DNA of 64,000 nucleotides from Octopus vulgaris (GCA_951406725.2 OX597822.1:83266001-83330000); one strand, 5' to 3'; positions 28,363 to 42,910 are shown, counted from the stretch's first letter. Numbers and translations: made by a program. The notes: a model not told the origin generated them from the letters alone.

Positions 28363-28566
28363 TATATAATTAAGACATCATGAAGACGAGTGGAGAATGA
28401 TATTATCCTCAAACCGAGCTTATTACAGCATAGTCCTCATTAAATTCGCATTAGATTTCAATTCAATGTGAATTTAATGAGAATTATGTTAGAATAATAC
28501 TGTAATAAACACGTTTTGAGGATGTATAATACTTCACTCCACCTTTTGATGGCTTCATTATATATA
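28363..28566. repeat. Imperfect palindromic element abutting the mariner MITE
   Basis: Arms containing ATCCTCAAA/TTTGAGGAT, TTATTACAG/CTGTAATAA and CTCATTAAATTC/GAATTTAATGAG, flanked by TA runs. Confidence 0.75.
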
Positions 28567-28585
28567 TATAAACCATCGCAGTAAA

Positions 28586-28641
<56 letters not shown>

Positions 28642-28903
28642 GGTATGTAGGTATGTATGTGTGTGTGTATGCGTGATGCGTGTGTGTATATTATATATAT
28701 ATATAATTATAATTAAGGGTATCTGAAAGATACCATCATGCAGTCAAAACTTGATTCTAAAACCACACCAAATATTCATAGAGCACCAGGAGAGAAGACA
28801 AAGAGACAAAATAAACTAGCAAAAAAAATTATTCGATAATTCCAAATCCCGGATTTCTGACTTATACACAAAATAGTACATAGATACAAATATATATATA
28901 TAT

Positions 28904-29462
28904 AATAACTGAAAGCAAATACCCATTCCAACAGATTATTTAACGTCAGTCTAAAAGCTAATGAACTATGGCATCAACCCATTCCTCCCATCACCATTAG
29001 TCTGTCAAACTACAATCAAGGGGAAGTCTGTTTGCGTAGAACAAGGCAGTCACGGGCGAATGTTTATTTAAATATCTGCAAATACGGATTATTTTATTTC
29101 CTATTCGGTTAGATGTGTAACCGTACAATCACACACACAAACACACACTTAGATGTGTGGATGCACATGCAGATACATACATACATACATACATACATAC
29201 ATACATACATTCATATACCTATGTGTGTTTGTGTGTGTGACTGTACGGTTACACATCTAACCGAATAGGAAATAAAATAATCTGTATGTGCAGATATTTA
29301 AAACATTCGCCCGTGACTGCCTTGTTCTACGCAAACAGACTTCCCCTTGGTTGTAGTTTGACAGACTAATGGTGATGGGAGGAATGGGTTGATGCCATAG
29401 TTCATTAGCTTTTAGACTGACGTTAAATAATCTGTTGGAACGGTTATTTGCTTTCAATTATT
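28904..29462. repeat. Long inverted repeat, ~240-bp arms around a (TACA)n spacer
   Basis: 28904-29147 is the reverse complement of 29222-29462, with only scattered substitutions and small indels. Confidence 0.95.
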
Positions 29463-29991
29463 GCCAACTAAACGAAGAAATCAATTTCCATGCCTTTATG
29501 ATTCCATTAAAATTTGATAATGCAATAAATGAAGAATCACGTAATTCAAACCAAATTTCTGAATTTGCTCTTTAATGAAAACTTCTATGAATAATTATGA
29601 CATAATTCATATTAAATAAAGTCACATTAGAATATTCAGAATTTTTAAGAAAAAGTAAATTGTATGTTTGTCGGAACTGGTTGGATTGTTGGCTAAGTTT
29701 GGTATTAAGATTTCCGCTTCTTTTTACTAAACTTTTAAAATCATATTGGTTTCAAATTTTGGCACAGAGCCAGCAATTTCGTGAAAGTGGGCCAAGTCGA
29801 TTACATCGATCCTAGTTCGCGATTGGTACTTATTTTATCAAATCCGAAAGGATGTAAGGCAAAGTCGAACTCGGTGGCATTTGAACTCAGAAAGTAAGGA
29901 CGGACAAAATGCTTAGCAGCATTTTGTCTGGTGCGGTAACGATTCCGCCAGCTTGCCGCATTAGCACGAATTTCGTTTTTTAATTATTAGA

Positions 29992-30049
<58 letters not shown>

Positions 30050-33000
30050 TACACATTTATTAAAACTTAATAACACTGCAAGTTGCTTCTCATACTTCAT
30101 GTAACAGAATCAAATTGAAGTAAACATTTAAAATAATAGAACAATTTAAACGAATATATATTAATGCATTATTAAAAGTTTATTTTTGTCTGATGATCAG
30201 TTACATGAAACACTAAATAGCTGTGTGAAGTTCTTAAGCTTCCATAAAGCATTATATTGCACACTTTGATATTCAAGTACTATCTATTTTCTCCACCATG
30301 TTCTGTACTAATGTGATGATATTCACGCACACACACGCACACACGCACACACACACACACACACACAAACTCACTCACACACGCACACACATATACCAAG
30401 TGACGAAAGATAAACAATTATAGATGATAGTAATTCGTTTACATGAGGTGTTACATATGCAAATTCATATCACTAAATGATAATTCTTTACATACAATAA
30501 AGCGTCACCGAACTTTTGAAACAGCTGTAAAGTAGTATCATATTGTCATATGAATATTTATGTGTAACATGTCACATAAATAAGTTACCGCAGTGTATAA
30601 CTGTTTCTCCATTTTCCGTCGCTTGTTTTTACTCATTCCAGCTTTATATTTATTATAACCAATTCTTATCCCCCGGTCAATTTTACACTTAGGAAGTTGA
30701 AATCTAAGAATCTGACCAGGTGTAGCTCTTGTTCCTAAAATCCTGATTGGTTGATATATCTAGAAGTTCTAATAACTCGTTAGAAGCTCTCTCCTTGAGA
30801 TTATATGAAAAGGGAAACGTAATATTATCTGAATTCATAAATCTCCTTCGGATTAATGCATAGTAAAAAAATGAAACATTCTGTAAAGTAGACATTGAGA
30901 TGAAAATGGTACGTTTAAAATTAACAGGCTTGGGTTTAAGCTGCTTAGTAGAGATTAGTGTCAAGTGACATCCATTTGTGGCATACACACAAACACACAC
31001 ACACACACGCACACATGCACACATGCACACACACACACACACACGCAAACACACACACACACACACACACTGCCTTTGACCAACTCTTTTACTTGTTTAA
31101 GTCATTTGACTGCGGCCATGCTGGGGCACCGCCTTGATACGTAGACTTATTTTGATCTATGTAGATCAATTTTGAGCTAATTTTAAGAAACAGAGAAATG
31201 CATGTTTGTCACATACCTGGCTAATTCTCGTAGGAAAGGCATGTAGCAGAACTTTCCTTAATCTTCTTACAAAAATATCGGATGTTATTTATAAAGCAAA
31301 AGAAGATCTGGCAAGGTTTTCATAAACTTTGGCCATCGGTCAGCTGAATCAGAGCTAATTTACAGTTAAAGCACAACCAACAACTGCTACATATTTTATC
31401 GGGTGAGGAATTTAATTTTCTCTCATGATATATGAATAAAAAATGAAAAAAAAAATCGTACATGACTGTTATATTTCCACTAATAATTACTTTTTGATAG
31501 AGAAAATATCAAGTAATTAAAACAATATATTTTATTACATAGCAACGTTACCGAAACGATTTTTTATAGTAAATTAAGTTTTCGTGCGCACGTGTTTTGC
31601 AGTATATTTGTATGAGAAAATTGCTGGAGTTTATTTTCCGTCTCCTCCAGATTTTCCAAACTTCTGCCTCAGCCATTGCAACCGATTCATTGACTGTCAT
31701 GAAAACTGTTAGTTTAAGACTTAACGCACAAATCTAATTGCTTACGCAATGTATTAATAAACATGGACGTGTGAACCTGGCGCTGTTCACAAATATTATT
31801 CCACACTTAGTAAGCTGCGGCAGTTTTTCAAAACAACAGAAAATCACTTATCTTTCTTGAAGCTTAGCTAGATTGTTTTTCTTCTTCTTTTGCTCTCGTT
31901 GATTGATCAATATATTTCTCATCGATCACTAATGTCTAAGTCACCAAGCTTATATGGAATGAGCATCTTGAAAAATCTAATTTCCCTTCATGGAATGTAT
32001 TTTTTTCGATAAGTTATTTGCTTGAATATTTGCTTAAACATGGTTGAATATCATAATAGCAACAAAGTTATCTATTTTTTCTTTTTTTGTTTAATCTCTA
32101 ATGTGAATCTATCGATAATGTGAATGATTCATTAGTCACATGTGCATTGTCGCACGATCTTCAAACTAATAAGTATTTCTCCCCTTTCTCTGGTGTTCGT
32201 TAGGTTTTGAAGATCTCACAGGTTTGATACACAAATGCTTCCATTTCACTCGGCATATTCCTTATATATTGGCAAAAATAAAACTTCCATATGGATCACA
32301 AATAAGCTGGTGAGATTTGCTAATACTTCATATTTTTAAATACAATTTTCAGCATTTCCTAAGCTTTCAAAGAGCATAGCGAGAATTTTATTCTGATTCT
32401 GATGGTAGCCACCAACCTATGACAATGGCTATTGATACAACATAAGTAATTTCGATGTCGTCAGCTGTCTGAAATAAAACGATTAAAGGAAATATAACAA
32501 AGAATATAAAATAATGCTCTGATCAATATCGGAGGGCAGTGTCAAGGATTTCTATATCATTAATATTCTCGTTTAGCTCTGTATACATACATACATACAT
32601 ACATACATACATACATACATACATACATACATACATACATACATACATACATACATACATACATACATACGTACATACAAACAGATATCCATACATACAT
32701 TCTTACGTACAAACATGCATGCAAACATACATATAAACTTACATACATAATGCATGCATACATACATATAAGCACATAATTCGTTGAGAGAAAACTTGTA
32801 AAGAATTGCGCCTGTTATTTCAGCTATTATAATATCAGACAACTTAAAGAAAAAAATGTTAGCGGAAAGCCATTATGGAAGACTGTCAGAAATATAAAGA
32901 ATATGCTGACGTCATCACCACATAATCACAGATCGGGTCAATTAACACATATACATTAATTTAAAATCAATTTAACACTAGTTTGTGTTGGAAGTTTCCA

Positions 33001-34559
33001 GGTTCTCTATGAAGTCGTTTTCTATGTGAAAGAAACTAACGCCTTTCATATTAAATATAGACAATTTTGTTAAATATTATATGAATATATGGCAGTATCA
33101 ATTATTGAACAATCAATTCATATCTGAATATGGCTGTTCTTACTCTGAAGCAACGCCTAACAAATGTCAATAATGTATGTGAGATGTTAGCTGACCTCAT
33201 CCATCCAGGTGACAAAAGCACATAAACAAAATGAAGAATGTGTAACTATTTGCGCTGCAATATAAGGCATAAAGATGCCATGTTTAAGTCTAAAGTGAAT
33301 AAGTCGGTTGCATTTTCAGTTACTTCAAAACATGATGTACGTTTGAAATCCAACCTCTTAAGGGTAATTCAGTAAATCTATGAGAAAATGCGTTACCAAG
33401 ACATTGAATAAGAAACTTCATTATCAAAATTAGCCATAGCACTGAATCGGAAACCATAATTAATCAGAATTTTACCTCTAATCAAGACGCTGTTTATTGA
33501 AGACTGAGAAGAAACGCGAGTAAAATGCTCTTAGAAAATTTGCGAATCATTTTGGTGTAAAAGCTGGAATTAAAAAGGTATTCCAACTACAATGCATCAT
33601 AAACGAATATTCTGGAAAACTATATATACTGACATCAACAATAACACATATGATAAAAACTGCTTAACTTCCAGTAAACCTGTGAGAAAGTTATTATAAA
33701 CGGATAGCTCCTGGGACAGACCTATCAATATTAGTAAAAGATATTGACACTAACAGAAGACCATTCATCTATATATTTATACAAGTTACAGAAAGCGAAA
33801 TTGAGTTGGCAAACTTGTTTGCCATTGCACAGAAAAATGTAACTATAAAGGAAATACTATAGATTATTATACCGAAAAACTTTAGGCTTATTTCTTGTTT
33901 AAACACGATATGTAAGTGTTATACAGGCAGAAAGCAACAGATGTTTACAATACTGTTGCAAATACAAAGAGATATTGACTAAAAGAAAGAAAATTGAAAA
34001 GAGGTTTTTGGAATGCAACGAACTTATAAATAACAACGCTGTTTTGTTTGTAGTAAGACAAACACTCAACGGAAACATTTTGGTCGACAAACTGGATCAG
34101 AGAAAGCTATATATGTCTGCAGCCCTGGTTGTCGCCATTGAAAAGCTTACAAAGATCTCTAAACCATCTTAACCCTACCAACAGACAGCACGATACCTGT
34201 CTCTGGGGCTATGCATTTTTCGAAACAAAATACCAACCAAACAGTTTCTTTGTCCTTGTATTTATTTCACAAACTTCCAGTAATTATTATTTGTTAATTT
34301 CCATAAGAGCAAGAAATACAGATGAATCCATAAATCTGTTGATGATGAGGTAAACATTCAACTTTCCAAATGTCTAAAACACGGCAAAAAATTCTGGGAT
34401 TCACAAATTTAACACTGTATTCTTTGGGAAGATAAGAACTGGAATGCTAGTCTGCTATAAGAACTTAAGGCATTTTAATCGGTTTTCAGCGTGGATAGAT
34501 ACACGTAGAGAGATACGCACCATTGGTAGAACCTGATATATGTATATATGCATATATAT

Positions 34560-34613
<54 letters not shown>

Positions 34614-34638
34614 GTATATATGTAAATATATACATACG

Positions 34639-34679
<41 letters not shown>

Positions 34680-34682
<3 letters not shown>

Positions 34683-34752
34683 TATATATGCTTCAACACA
34701 CGGGCTCACATAAAGAATCTTACAAACCAAAGCCAAAAACGAAATATATATA

Positions 34753-34815
<63 letters not shown>

Positions 34816-35061
34816 ATATATATGCATATATATATATATGCATTTATATATATACATATATACACCTATATATATGCATATATATATATGCATATATATA
34901 GGTGTATATATGTATATAAATGTATATATATATATGCATATATATAGGTATATATATATATGTATATATATGTGTGTGTGTATATATATATATATATTTC
35001 GTTTTTGGTTTTGATTTGTAAGATTCTTTATGTGAGCCCGTGTGTTGAAGCATATATATTC

Positions 35062-35062
<1 letters not shown>
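34680..35062. repeat. Inverted repeat, ~70-bp arms around a TA-rich spacer
   Basis: ATGCTTCAACACACGGGCTCACATAAAGAATCTTACAAA..CCAAAAACGAAAT and its reverse complement at about 34995-35055. Confidence 0.92.
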
Positions 35063-35105
<43 letters not shown>

Positions 35106-35161
35106 ATACATATGTATGTATATCTTTACATATATACATATACATTCATTTACGTATTTAT

Positions 35162-35640
35162 AGTGTCGGATTAATAGCGGAACTTGAGGCGGTTCAGCGA
35201 TGTTACACATGCAAGATTGCACCAATGGACCAGCTGAACTACTGGGAGGGACTGAAAGAGCTACGACTCTACTATCTGGAGCGAAGACAGGAGAGGTATG
35301 CAGTGATATATGTCTGGAAGATAAAGGAGAGGCTGGCCCCAAATTTTGGAATTGAGAGTTATACCAGACCTTGAAGAGGACGTCTTTGTATTGTTCCAAA
35401 ATTCTCAGGTGTCCCATCTAAGGTGATGAGCATGTACTACAATAAGTTGGGATTTACGGACCCACAGCTATTTAATGCCTTGCCAAAACATCTGAGGAAT
35501 TCCTATGGAGTGGAGCTAGATGTTTTCAAGAAACAGCTTGTTCTCTTTCTATCCAAGACCTAGATGAACCACTATCAAGGAAGGAAAGTCAAAAGAGGGC
35601 AGCAGTGTCGAACTCGCTCCTTCACCAAAAGCCGAACACA
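35162..35640 (+). mobile_element. Decayed CR1-group LINE 3' fragment
   Basis: IAELEAVQRCYT..LNYWEGLKELRLYYLERRQERYAVIYVWKI, followed by GPQLFNALPKHLRN..DVFKKQL, interrupted by stops. Confidence 0.85.
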
Positions 35641-35718
35641 TACTATTGGTCAATTAAAAGATAATTACATTGGGGGGTGCATGGCCACAGCCTTGGGGAT
35701 GAAACATATAAAAGAATG

Positions 35719-35750
<32 letters not shown>

Positions 35751-35931
35751 TATATATATATATATATATATAATATTATATATATAAATATATATGGCAA
35801 TGATAAGAAGAATGATGATAATGGTAGCGATGATGATGATGATGAAGACGCTGATGCTGACGACGACGATGGTGATGTTTATGAATAAAAAAATGATGGC
35901 GATCGTGATGCTACTAATAACTTAGTCTTTT

Positions 35932-35966
<35 letters not shown>

Positions 35967-35968
<2 letters not shown>

Positions 35969-36290
35969 AGTGGCTGTGTGGTAAGTAGCTTGTTTACCAG
36001 CCACATGGTTCCGGGTTCAGTCCCACTACGTGGAACCTTGAGCAAGTGTCTTCTGCTATAGCCTCGGGCCGACCAAAGCCTTGTGAGTGGATTTGGTACC
36101 TGTTGTATATATGTATATATATGTATATATGTGTGTGCGTGTATGTTTGTGTTTGTCCGATAGAATAAGTACTGGGCTTACAAAGAATAAGTCCCGGGGT
36201 CGAGTTGCTCGATTAAAAGGCGGTGCTCCAGCATATATATCTCATAAATGAGATATACATAAATGACTGAAACAAGTAAAAGAGTAAAAG
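35967..36290 (+). mobile_element. SINE family B, internally deleted copy
   Basis: Head and tail match 54146-54533 in the opposite orientation. Confidence 0.8.
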
Positions 36291-36592
36291 AGAGAAAAAA
36301 AGATATATATATATGTTTGAGGTGTGTGTTGTTTGAAAAAGTGTGTATATTGTTTATAACGCAAAAGCCTGTTATAATCCATGCCCTATGCAGGCACACA
36401 AATATTTGAAAATTGTTTCCTGGATGTTTTAAGGAGGCTGAATGCAATTAAACTGATTATCAGTTGGCAAAGATCAATTTTTGTGTCTGTGTAATGGTAT
36501 CTATTCAGTTTTATTTTTGCCAGCAGTATATACAGATAAACATGATTCTGCCTTCCTTTTGTGCATAACCACAAATTTTATACAAACAAGGT

Positions 36593-36630
<38 letters not shown>

Positions 36631-37126
36631 GGAAAATGCTTTTACAACACAATTTTCTCGATTTCTTTTAAAGGTGAAATCGAAAGAAATAATTGAAACA
36701 AAATATTGTTCAGAGATAAAACTAGAACTTAACAAAAAAAAAAAAACAACAAAAAACCAGAGAACGAACAAATTATATGGACGCTATCTGAAACAAGATA
36801 TCGTAAATTTATGGTAGAAATGTGATATACTGTAATTTTTTCAATGCCATGTGACACACACACACGCGCCCGCGCCCGCGCACGCACAGACATGTACTCA
36901 GAGATATACATAAACATACACACATATATACACATGCACACAAGCCGCATTCAAGAGCGTCTATAGACATATGGATATTACATGCGTGCCAACACATATA
37001 TACGTTGCATACACAGGTGCATATATATATGTGTGTATATGCAGATGCATATATATGCGTGTGCGTGCATGTGGCTATAGAATGTATGCACACATTTATA
37101 TATATGTGCATGCACACAAACACACA

Positions 37127-37173
<47 letters not shown>

Positions 37174-37453
37174 TTATAAATGTATAAGTGTATGCGTGTG
37201 TATATATAGAAAGAAAAAGAGAGAGAGAGAGAGAGTGAAGGAGAAGTGTGGAAGAAATTTATACACCTGTGTATAGTTCTAAAACGTGTTATTTTCTTGT
37301 TTTAAACAATTTATACTCTTCTAAAATTTCCCGTTTCTTGTTTTTGTTATCAATTACACAATTTTTTCTATTCTATTCCAGCCTTGTTTTATTTACGCTG
37401 ACTTTTGCTACTTTGTGCATCTCCTTTCCCTCTCAGTCTCTCTCTATCTCTCT

Positions 37454-37488
<35 letters not shown>

Positions 37489-37952
37489 TTATATTTTTCT
37501 CTGAGTATGCATATATATATATGCAGACAGGGAGAGAGAGAGAGAGAGAGAGGGGGGAGGAGATAAATAGATAAACCGTGTAACTTTCAATATTGTAAAA
37601 TTTTAAATTCTTCAATTTCATGGTATTTTGTCTTTTTTCATATTATGCAATTTTCATTGCAACTTTTATTATTTACATTGGTATTTTTATCTATATTTTT
37701 TTCATAGTGTAACGGTTGTTATTTTTAGAAAATGCATCTATCTGATATAACATGGATCTGATCAGCATCTGAAAAGCTATTTCCACTTTATATAAATTTT
37801 GATCCTATATTTCTTTCTCAAACATTATATTTTCTTACAAACTCTAAAATTCCAACTCCCTTATTACTCCGTATTCTGCCTTCATAAAACTTCTCTCAAT
37901 TCAAATCTTGTCTATTGTCTGCTGTTTCAAATGAAAAGCTGTTTTGAAACTG

Positions 37953-38030
<78 letters not shown>

Positions 38031-39089
38031 GTCGTCTGCTGATTGAAACGAGAAGCCATATTGAAATCTAATCTTTCTGTCATCTGCTTCTTGAAATTAA
38101 ATCAATACTTATTGAATGGTTATTGCTAATTAGTCAAGTATTCAATATTCAGTCGATATGTATATCAACAGGAAATCTGCTCTAACATTTGTTACAGCAT
38201 TTAGTCAAAATTAATTGCTTCACTGCTGTAAATTTTGAGGTCATTGGAACTTTTGTTGTTGCTGTATTCTAATAATGATTCTAATAATTAAAGCAGTAAA
38301 TTTTAAACGGTAAATAATTTGTAAGTAATTAGTGTTCTTGGTATTATTAACGGGGATGATATTGTTGAACGTGATGCTGTTTTTAGTGTTAGTGAGTTAG
38401 TAGTGTTGGGGGTGAATTAGAGATTTTCATGATAAAGATTCTACCTAATAACGCTCATTATATTCTTGATTGTAATGATGATTATAATGATGGTATTGGT
38501 TTCGCTTATGGTGGTGGTGATAATGAGAATTGAAAATGATGTTGTTGTTGAATTGCAGGTCAGCCCTGATCGAGAAAATCTAATATTAAAGGCGTTGTTG
38601 GTAGCACACCGAAAAGTCACAGCGGTTCATTTAATGACCTGCGACAAACTCTATAAACGTCATGGGAATAGCGATGGAAAGTGATGAACGTGATGGCGCT
38701 GATGATGATGATAAGGAGGAGAAGTATAATGACAATCATGACAAGAATGATGATAATGGTAGCGATGATGATGATGAAGACGCTGATGCTGACGACGACG
38801 ACGATGGTGATGTTTATGAATAAAAAATTATGATGATGGTGATGCCACTGATAACTTAATCTTTTTACTATATTTGGCGTTGATCGAAGGAAACGTTTGC
38901 AAAGTAATTCGTAATTACAATGAAGCTATTCTTGCAGCTACAACAGCAACAAATGTTGTTGTTGCTGTTGCTGTTGTTATTCCGTGCTGTGGCGATGTCA
39001 GCGATGTTGCTGAGAATGATATCTAAACGGCTGTGGTTGTGAGGGCGTCATAATGATAATGAGGATAAGGATAATAAGTGATGATGATG

Positions 39090-39121
<32 letters not shown>

Positions 39122-39999
39122 GATGATGATGATGATGGTGATTAAGGTAATGATAGTGATAACGATGACGACGACGCCGGTGAAGTAATGATACTGCTAC
39201 TGATACTGCTGCTGTTGCCGATGATGATGATGATGATGATGATGAAGGCGACAGTATTGTGTCGCTAGTACTGGAAACTACGGAATGATAAGATGGCGGC
39301 TGGTGGCTTTTATCTGTGGATTTCTCTAGATTGCAGTCAATCTAGGTGTTGTTACGTCACGTTAGCTAAACACGGCTAAACGAATAAATCTGAATGCAAA
39401 TGAAGAGAGCTGTAAACAAACTTAGTTTCAATCGATTTTCCTAGAGAAATGATACTGAGATTTTGTTGTATTTATTACGGCAGTTACTAGAAGTTTTAAA
39501 GGCGCTTCAGGGAAATTTGGTTTCGAAAATTCAGCACTTGTAGCATTTTAATGAAGTTAAAAGCATTTCTATCCTCTAGGATTCCTAAGCACTTATTCTG
39601 AGGTAATTATGTCACTTAGCTGGACGCACACACAGACACACACACACACACACACACACCACACCACACCATACAAATACGCAATCACACACACACAAAC
39701 ACACAGATAAATATACATATATACATATATATATATAGGTACAAATATATACATATGTACTTGTGTGTGTGTGTATATATATGTATATGTACATATATAT
39801 GTATATGTACATATATATGTATATGTATACATATATGTAATATATATGCAAGTACGTATAAAAATTTAAATGACATTCTAAACATTCTCCATCTTACATT
39901 CTTTAACTGAATATACACACACATTTGGTTGTGTGCATACAGAAAGCACATGCGTAAAAAGGTATACAGACACATACGCGCGCGCACACGCGCACACAC

Positions 40000-40038
<39 letters not shown>

Positions 40039-40121
40039 CACATCCATATACACACACAAACACCCAAATATTTAAGATCCATTATTCACACATACCGTAA
40101 TTGCTGATGCACAAACCTACG

Positions 40122-40155
<34 letters not shown>

Positions 40156-40322
40156 GACTAACTTAACCGGGCATTTACAAACCCATGGACCTGTTCTGAT
40201 TAAAACAATTCTTTTTTAACGACTGTCTGAACACCATGAAGATGAAGAAGAATTTAAAAATAAATCTTAAAGAGTGCACACACACACACACACACACACA
40301 TACACACACACACACATACACA

Positions 40323-40357
<35 letters not shown>

Positions 40358-40489
40358 ACAGAAGCATGCATACGCACATTTCAGACTATATGTTTTAGCC
40401 AACCGTAAATGCTAAATACAGATGTAAAAACGCTTTGTCTTTACAGACAATGATTTTGGAGAGAAAACGATGCATCAGCCGTACTACAT

Positions 40490-40710
40490 TCAATCCTGTA
40501 TTCAACTGTTTACCTTCCATTTCTCCCTGCGGTTCATGCTCATATCACTTCTTGTCTCTCTCTAGCCCCCATTCTTCGCACAGATTCCAGTGTAGCACTT
40601 TCGCTACCTGGTCGTGTCATCATAACTTGTGGTGGTTTTGGGCAAGTCTGGGGCATTCGTTCGTGATATGGCCAATGGTTTCATCAACTCTATTGAAGAT
40701 GCGACACAGC
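40490..40710 (-). mobile_element. R4/Dong-clade fragment (CCHC knuckle region)
   Basis: CRIFNRVDETIGHITNECPRLAQNHHKL*RHDQVAKVLHWNLCEEWG on the minus strand. Confidence 0.75.
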
Positions 40711-40868
40711 GGAGACACTTGCTTATTCCTCAGCTTGATCCTTCAGTATAGTGCTCTCGGTCTTTTTTTTAGGGTTCCTTTCATCAGCCAATCCCATCAT
40801 TTTTTCCATCAACTTCTGTTGTGGCAACATGTAATTGATTGTGTAGTCCCTATATTATTATCATTATT

Positions 40869-41267
40869 AAGGCGGCGAGCTGGCAGAGACGTTAGCACGC
40901 CGGGCGAAATGCTTAGCGGTATTTCGTCTGCCGTTACGTTGTGAGTTCAAATTCCGCCGAGGTCGACTTTGCCTTTCATCCTTTCATCCTTTTGGGGTCG
41001 ATAAATTAAGTACCAGTTACGCACTGGGGTCGATGTAATCGACTTAATACCTATGTCTGTCCTTGTTTGTCCCCTCTATGTTTAGCCCCTTATGGGTAAT
41101 AAAGAAATAGGTATTTAGCCCGTCGATACGTTCAAATTCAAGTGAGGTCGACTTTGCCTTTCGTCCTTTCAGGCTCGATAACTTAAGTACCAGATGCGTA
41201 CTGGTGTCGATGTAATTGACTGTCCTCTCCACTAAAAACTTCAGGCCTTGTGCTTATAGTAGAAAGA

Positions 41268-41268
<1 letters not shown>
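40869..41268 (+). mobile_element. SINE family A, dimeric form
   Basis: Same head and junction as the other dimers; small local duplication CTTTCATC. Confidence 0.8.
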
Positions 41269-41359
<91 letters not shown>

Positions 41360-41360
41360 C

Positions 41361-41770
41361 ATTATTGACTTTGCACAGTTTCTAACGCTGGAGATGTACT
41401 TCAGTGTCAGCCGTTTTACTACCAGTGAACTAAGGTAACACCTCTTATTATTCGAGTACCTTCCGGAGTATTCCAACGGTTCTATGCAGTGCTGTTTTCT
41501 GCAAGTGCTCCACACTTATTGCAGCCCCTACTTGTTCAACATACTTCTCCAGATTTTTGCCCACTGTTCCCAGGGCTCCGGCAATTAATGGAACTACTAC
41601 CAGCTTTTCCATCGAACAAAACTACTTAACTTCCCAAGCTAACCTGTCATATCTCTCGACTTTTCTTTCTTCATTATCGCATACTTTATTGTCAGCTGGG
41701 CATGCTATATCTATGATCCAACATAGTTTGTTTTCTTTCTTAAGACTATGCCCGGCTTCCTATTCTCTAT
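41361..41770 (-). mobile_element. R4/Dong-clade 3' fragment
   Basis: IDIACPADNKVCDNEERKVERYDRLAWEVK..VVVPLIAGALGTVGKNLEKYVEQVG..VEHLQKTALHRTVGILRKVLE, followed by (CAA)n(TAA)n. Confidence 0.8.
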
Positions 41771-41771
41771 C

Positions 41772-42020
<249 letters not shown>

Positions 42021-42798
42021 GCAGCACAGCTGCAGTAGTGGCAGCGATATTTGTATTATATTTTGCCTTACTGAAGAAAAGCCTTGTAATAAATTCTGGA
42101 CAGGAATCAAGACGTCCAAAATACCCAAAATGGCTTCCCGCCCACAGCGTTACGTAAAGCGAGCTTGTGTTAATGGAAACACCCCCCATACACCACCCCA
42201 CGCCCCCGCTACCTCTAGGCGTTACACTAGATTTCTATTTTCTCTCATGTTTGACGGCAGTGTGACATCAAGCCTTCGAGGCAATTCTTTTGAAAGTCTT
42301 GATAATCTACGCGTGTTCTCTAGATAAAAAAACACAAAAACAAAACAGAACAGAAAACAAAGCAACACATTTGTGGGAGGAATTTCATTGGAATTGATTA
42401 TGCACAAGTGAGTGGAATCGTGGTTTAGTTACACTTTGCAGAATTAATTATTGGAAATAAAATATACAATAATTACAACAAAACCTTACTAGCGTCACCT
42501 ACATTTTTTATGATTTAAGCCTTAAGGGAGTCATACATTTGCAAATGGTAATCATTAAGCATTAGTGAAGAACATGTTTAGCCAATGAAGTGTTGGAATT
42601 ATCGTACATGAATTATTAACTCTATTAGCTATAGAATGAATATATAACAGTAATATAAATACATCTAATTTATCAGTTCTATCAGCTAGCAATAAATATA
42701 TAACATCTGCAATAATATATGTATAGAAATTTCTGAACTCTATCAGATACTATTAAATATTTATTCACGAAGTTTAATGTTCTTTAAGAAGAATATCA

Positions 42799-42910
42799 AT
42801 GCATACAAAAATATGCATACAAGAATATCATGCATACAAGAATATCTATCATGCACACAAGAATATCATACAAGAATATCTATGCATACAAGAATATCAT
42901 GCATACAAGA
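42799..42910. repeat. Minisatellite, unit about ATGCATACAAGAATATC
   Basis: Six to seven degenerate tandem copies. Confidence 0.85.

Noticed and set aside
29257-29457. 66-aa ORF in the right arm of the long inverted repeat
   Set aside because: It starts at TTG, has no recognisable motif, and the left-arm copy has indels that shift the frame.
32780-34450. Unique-looking purine-rich block with hints of a decayed Gypsy-type pol (LKKKMLAESHYG)
   Set aside because: Too degenerate to assign by eye; it needs a frameshift-aware protein search.
42799-42910. Repeat array that superficially resembles a CRISPR array
   Set aside because: Units are directly adjacent with no unique spacers, no cas genes are present and the context is eukaryotic; it is a minisatellite.
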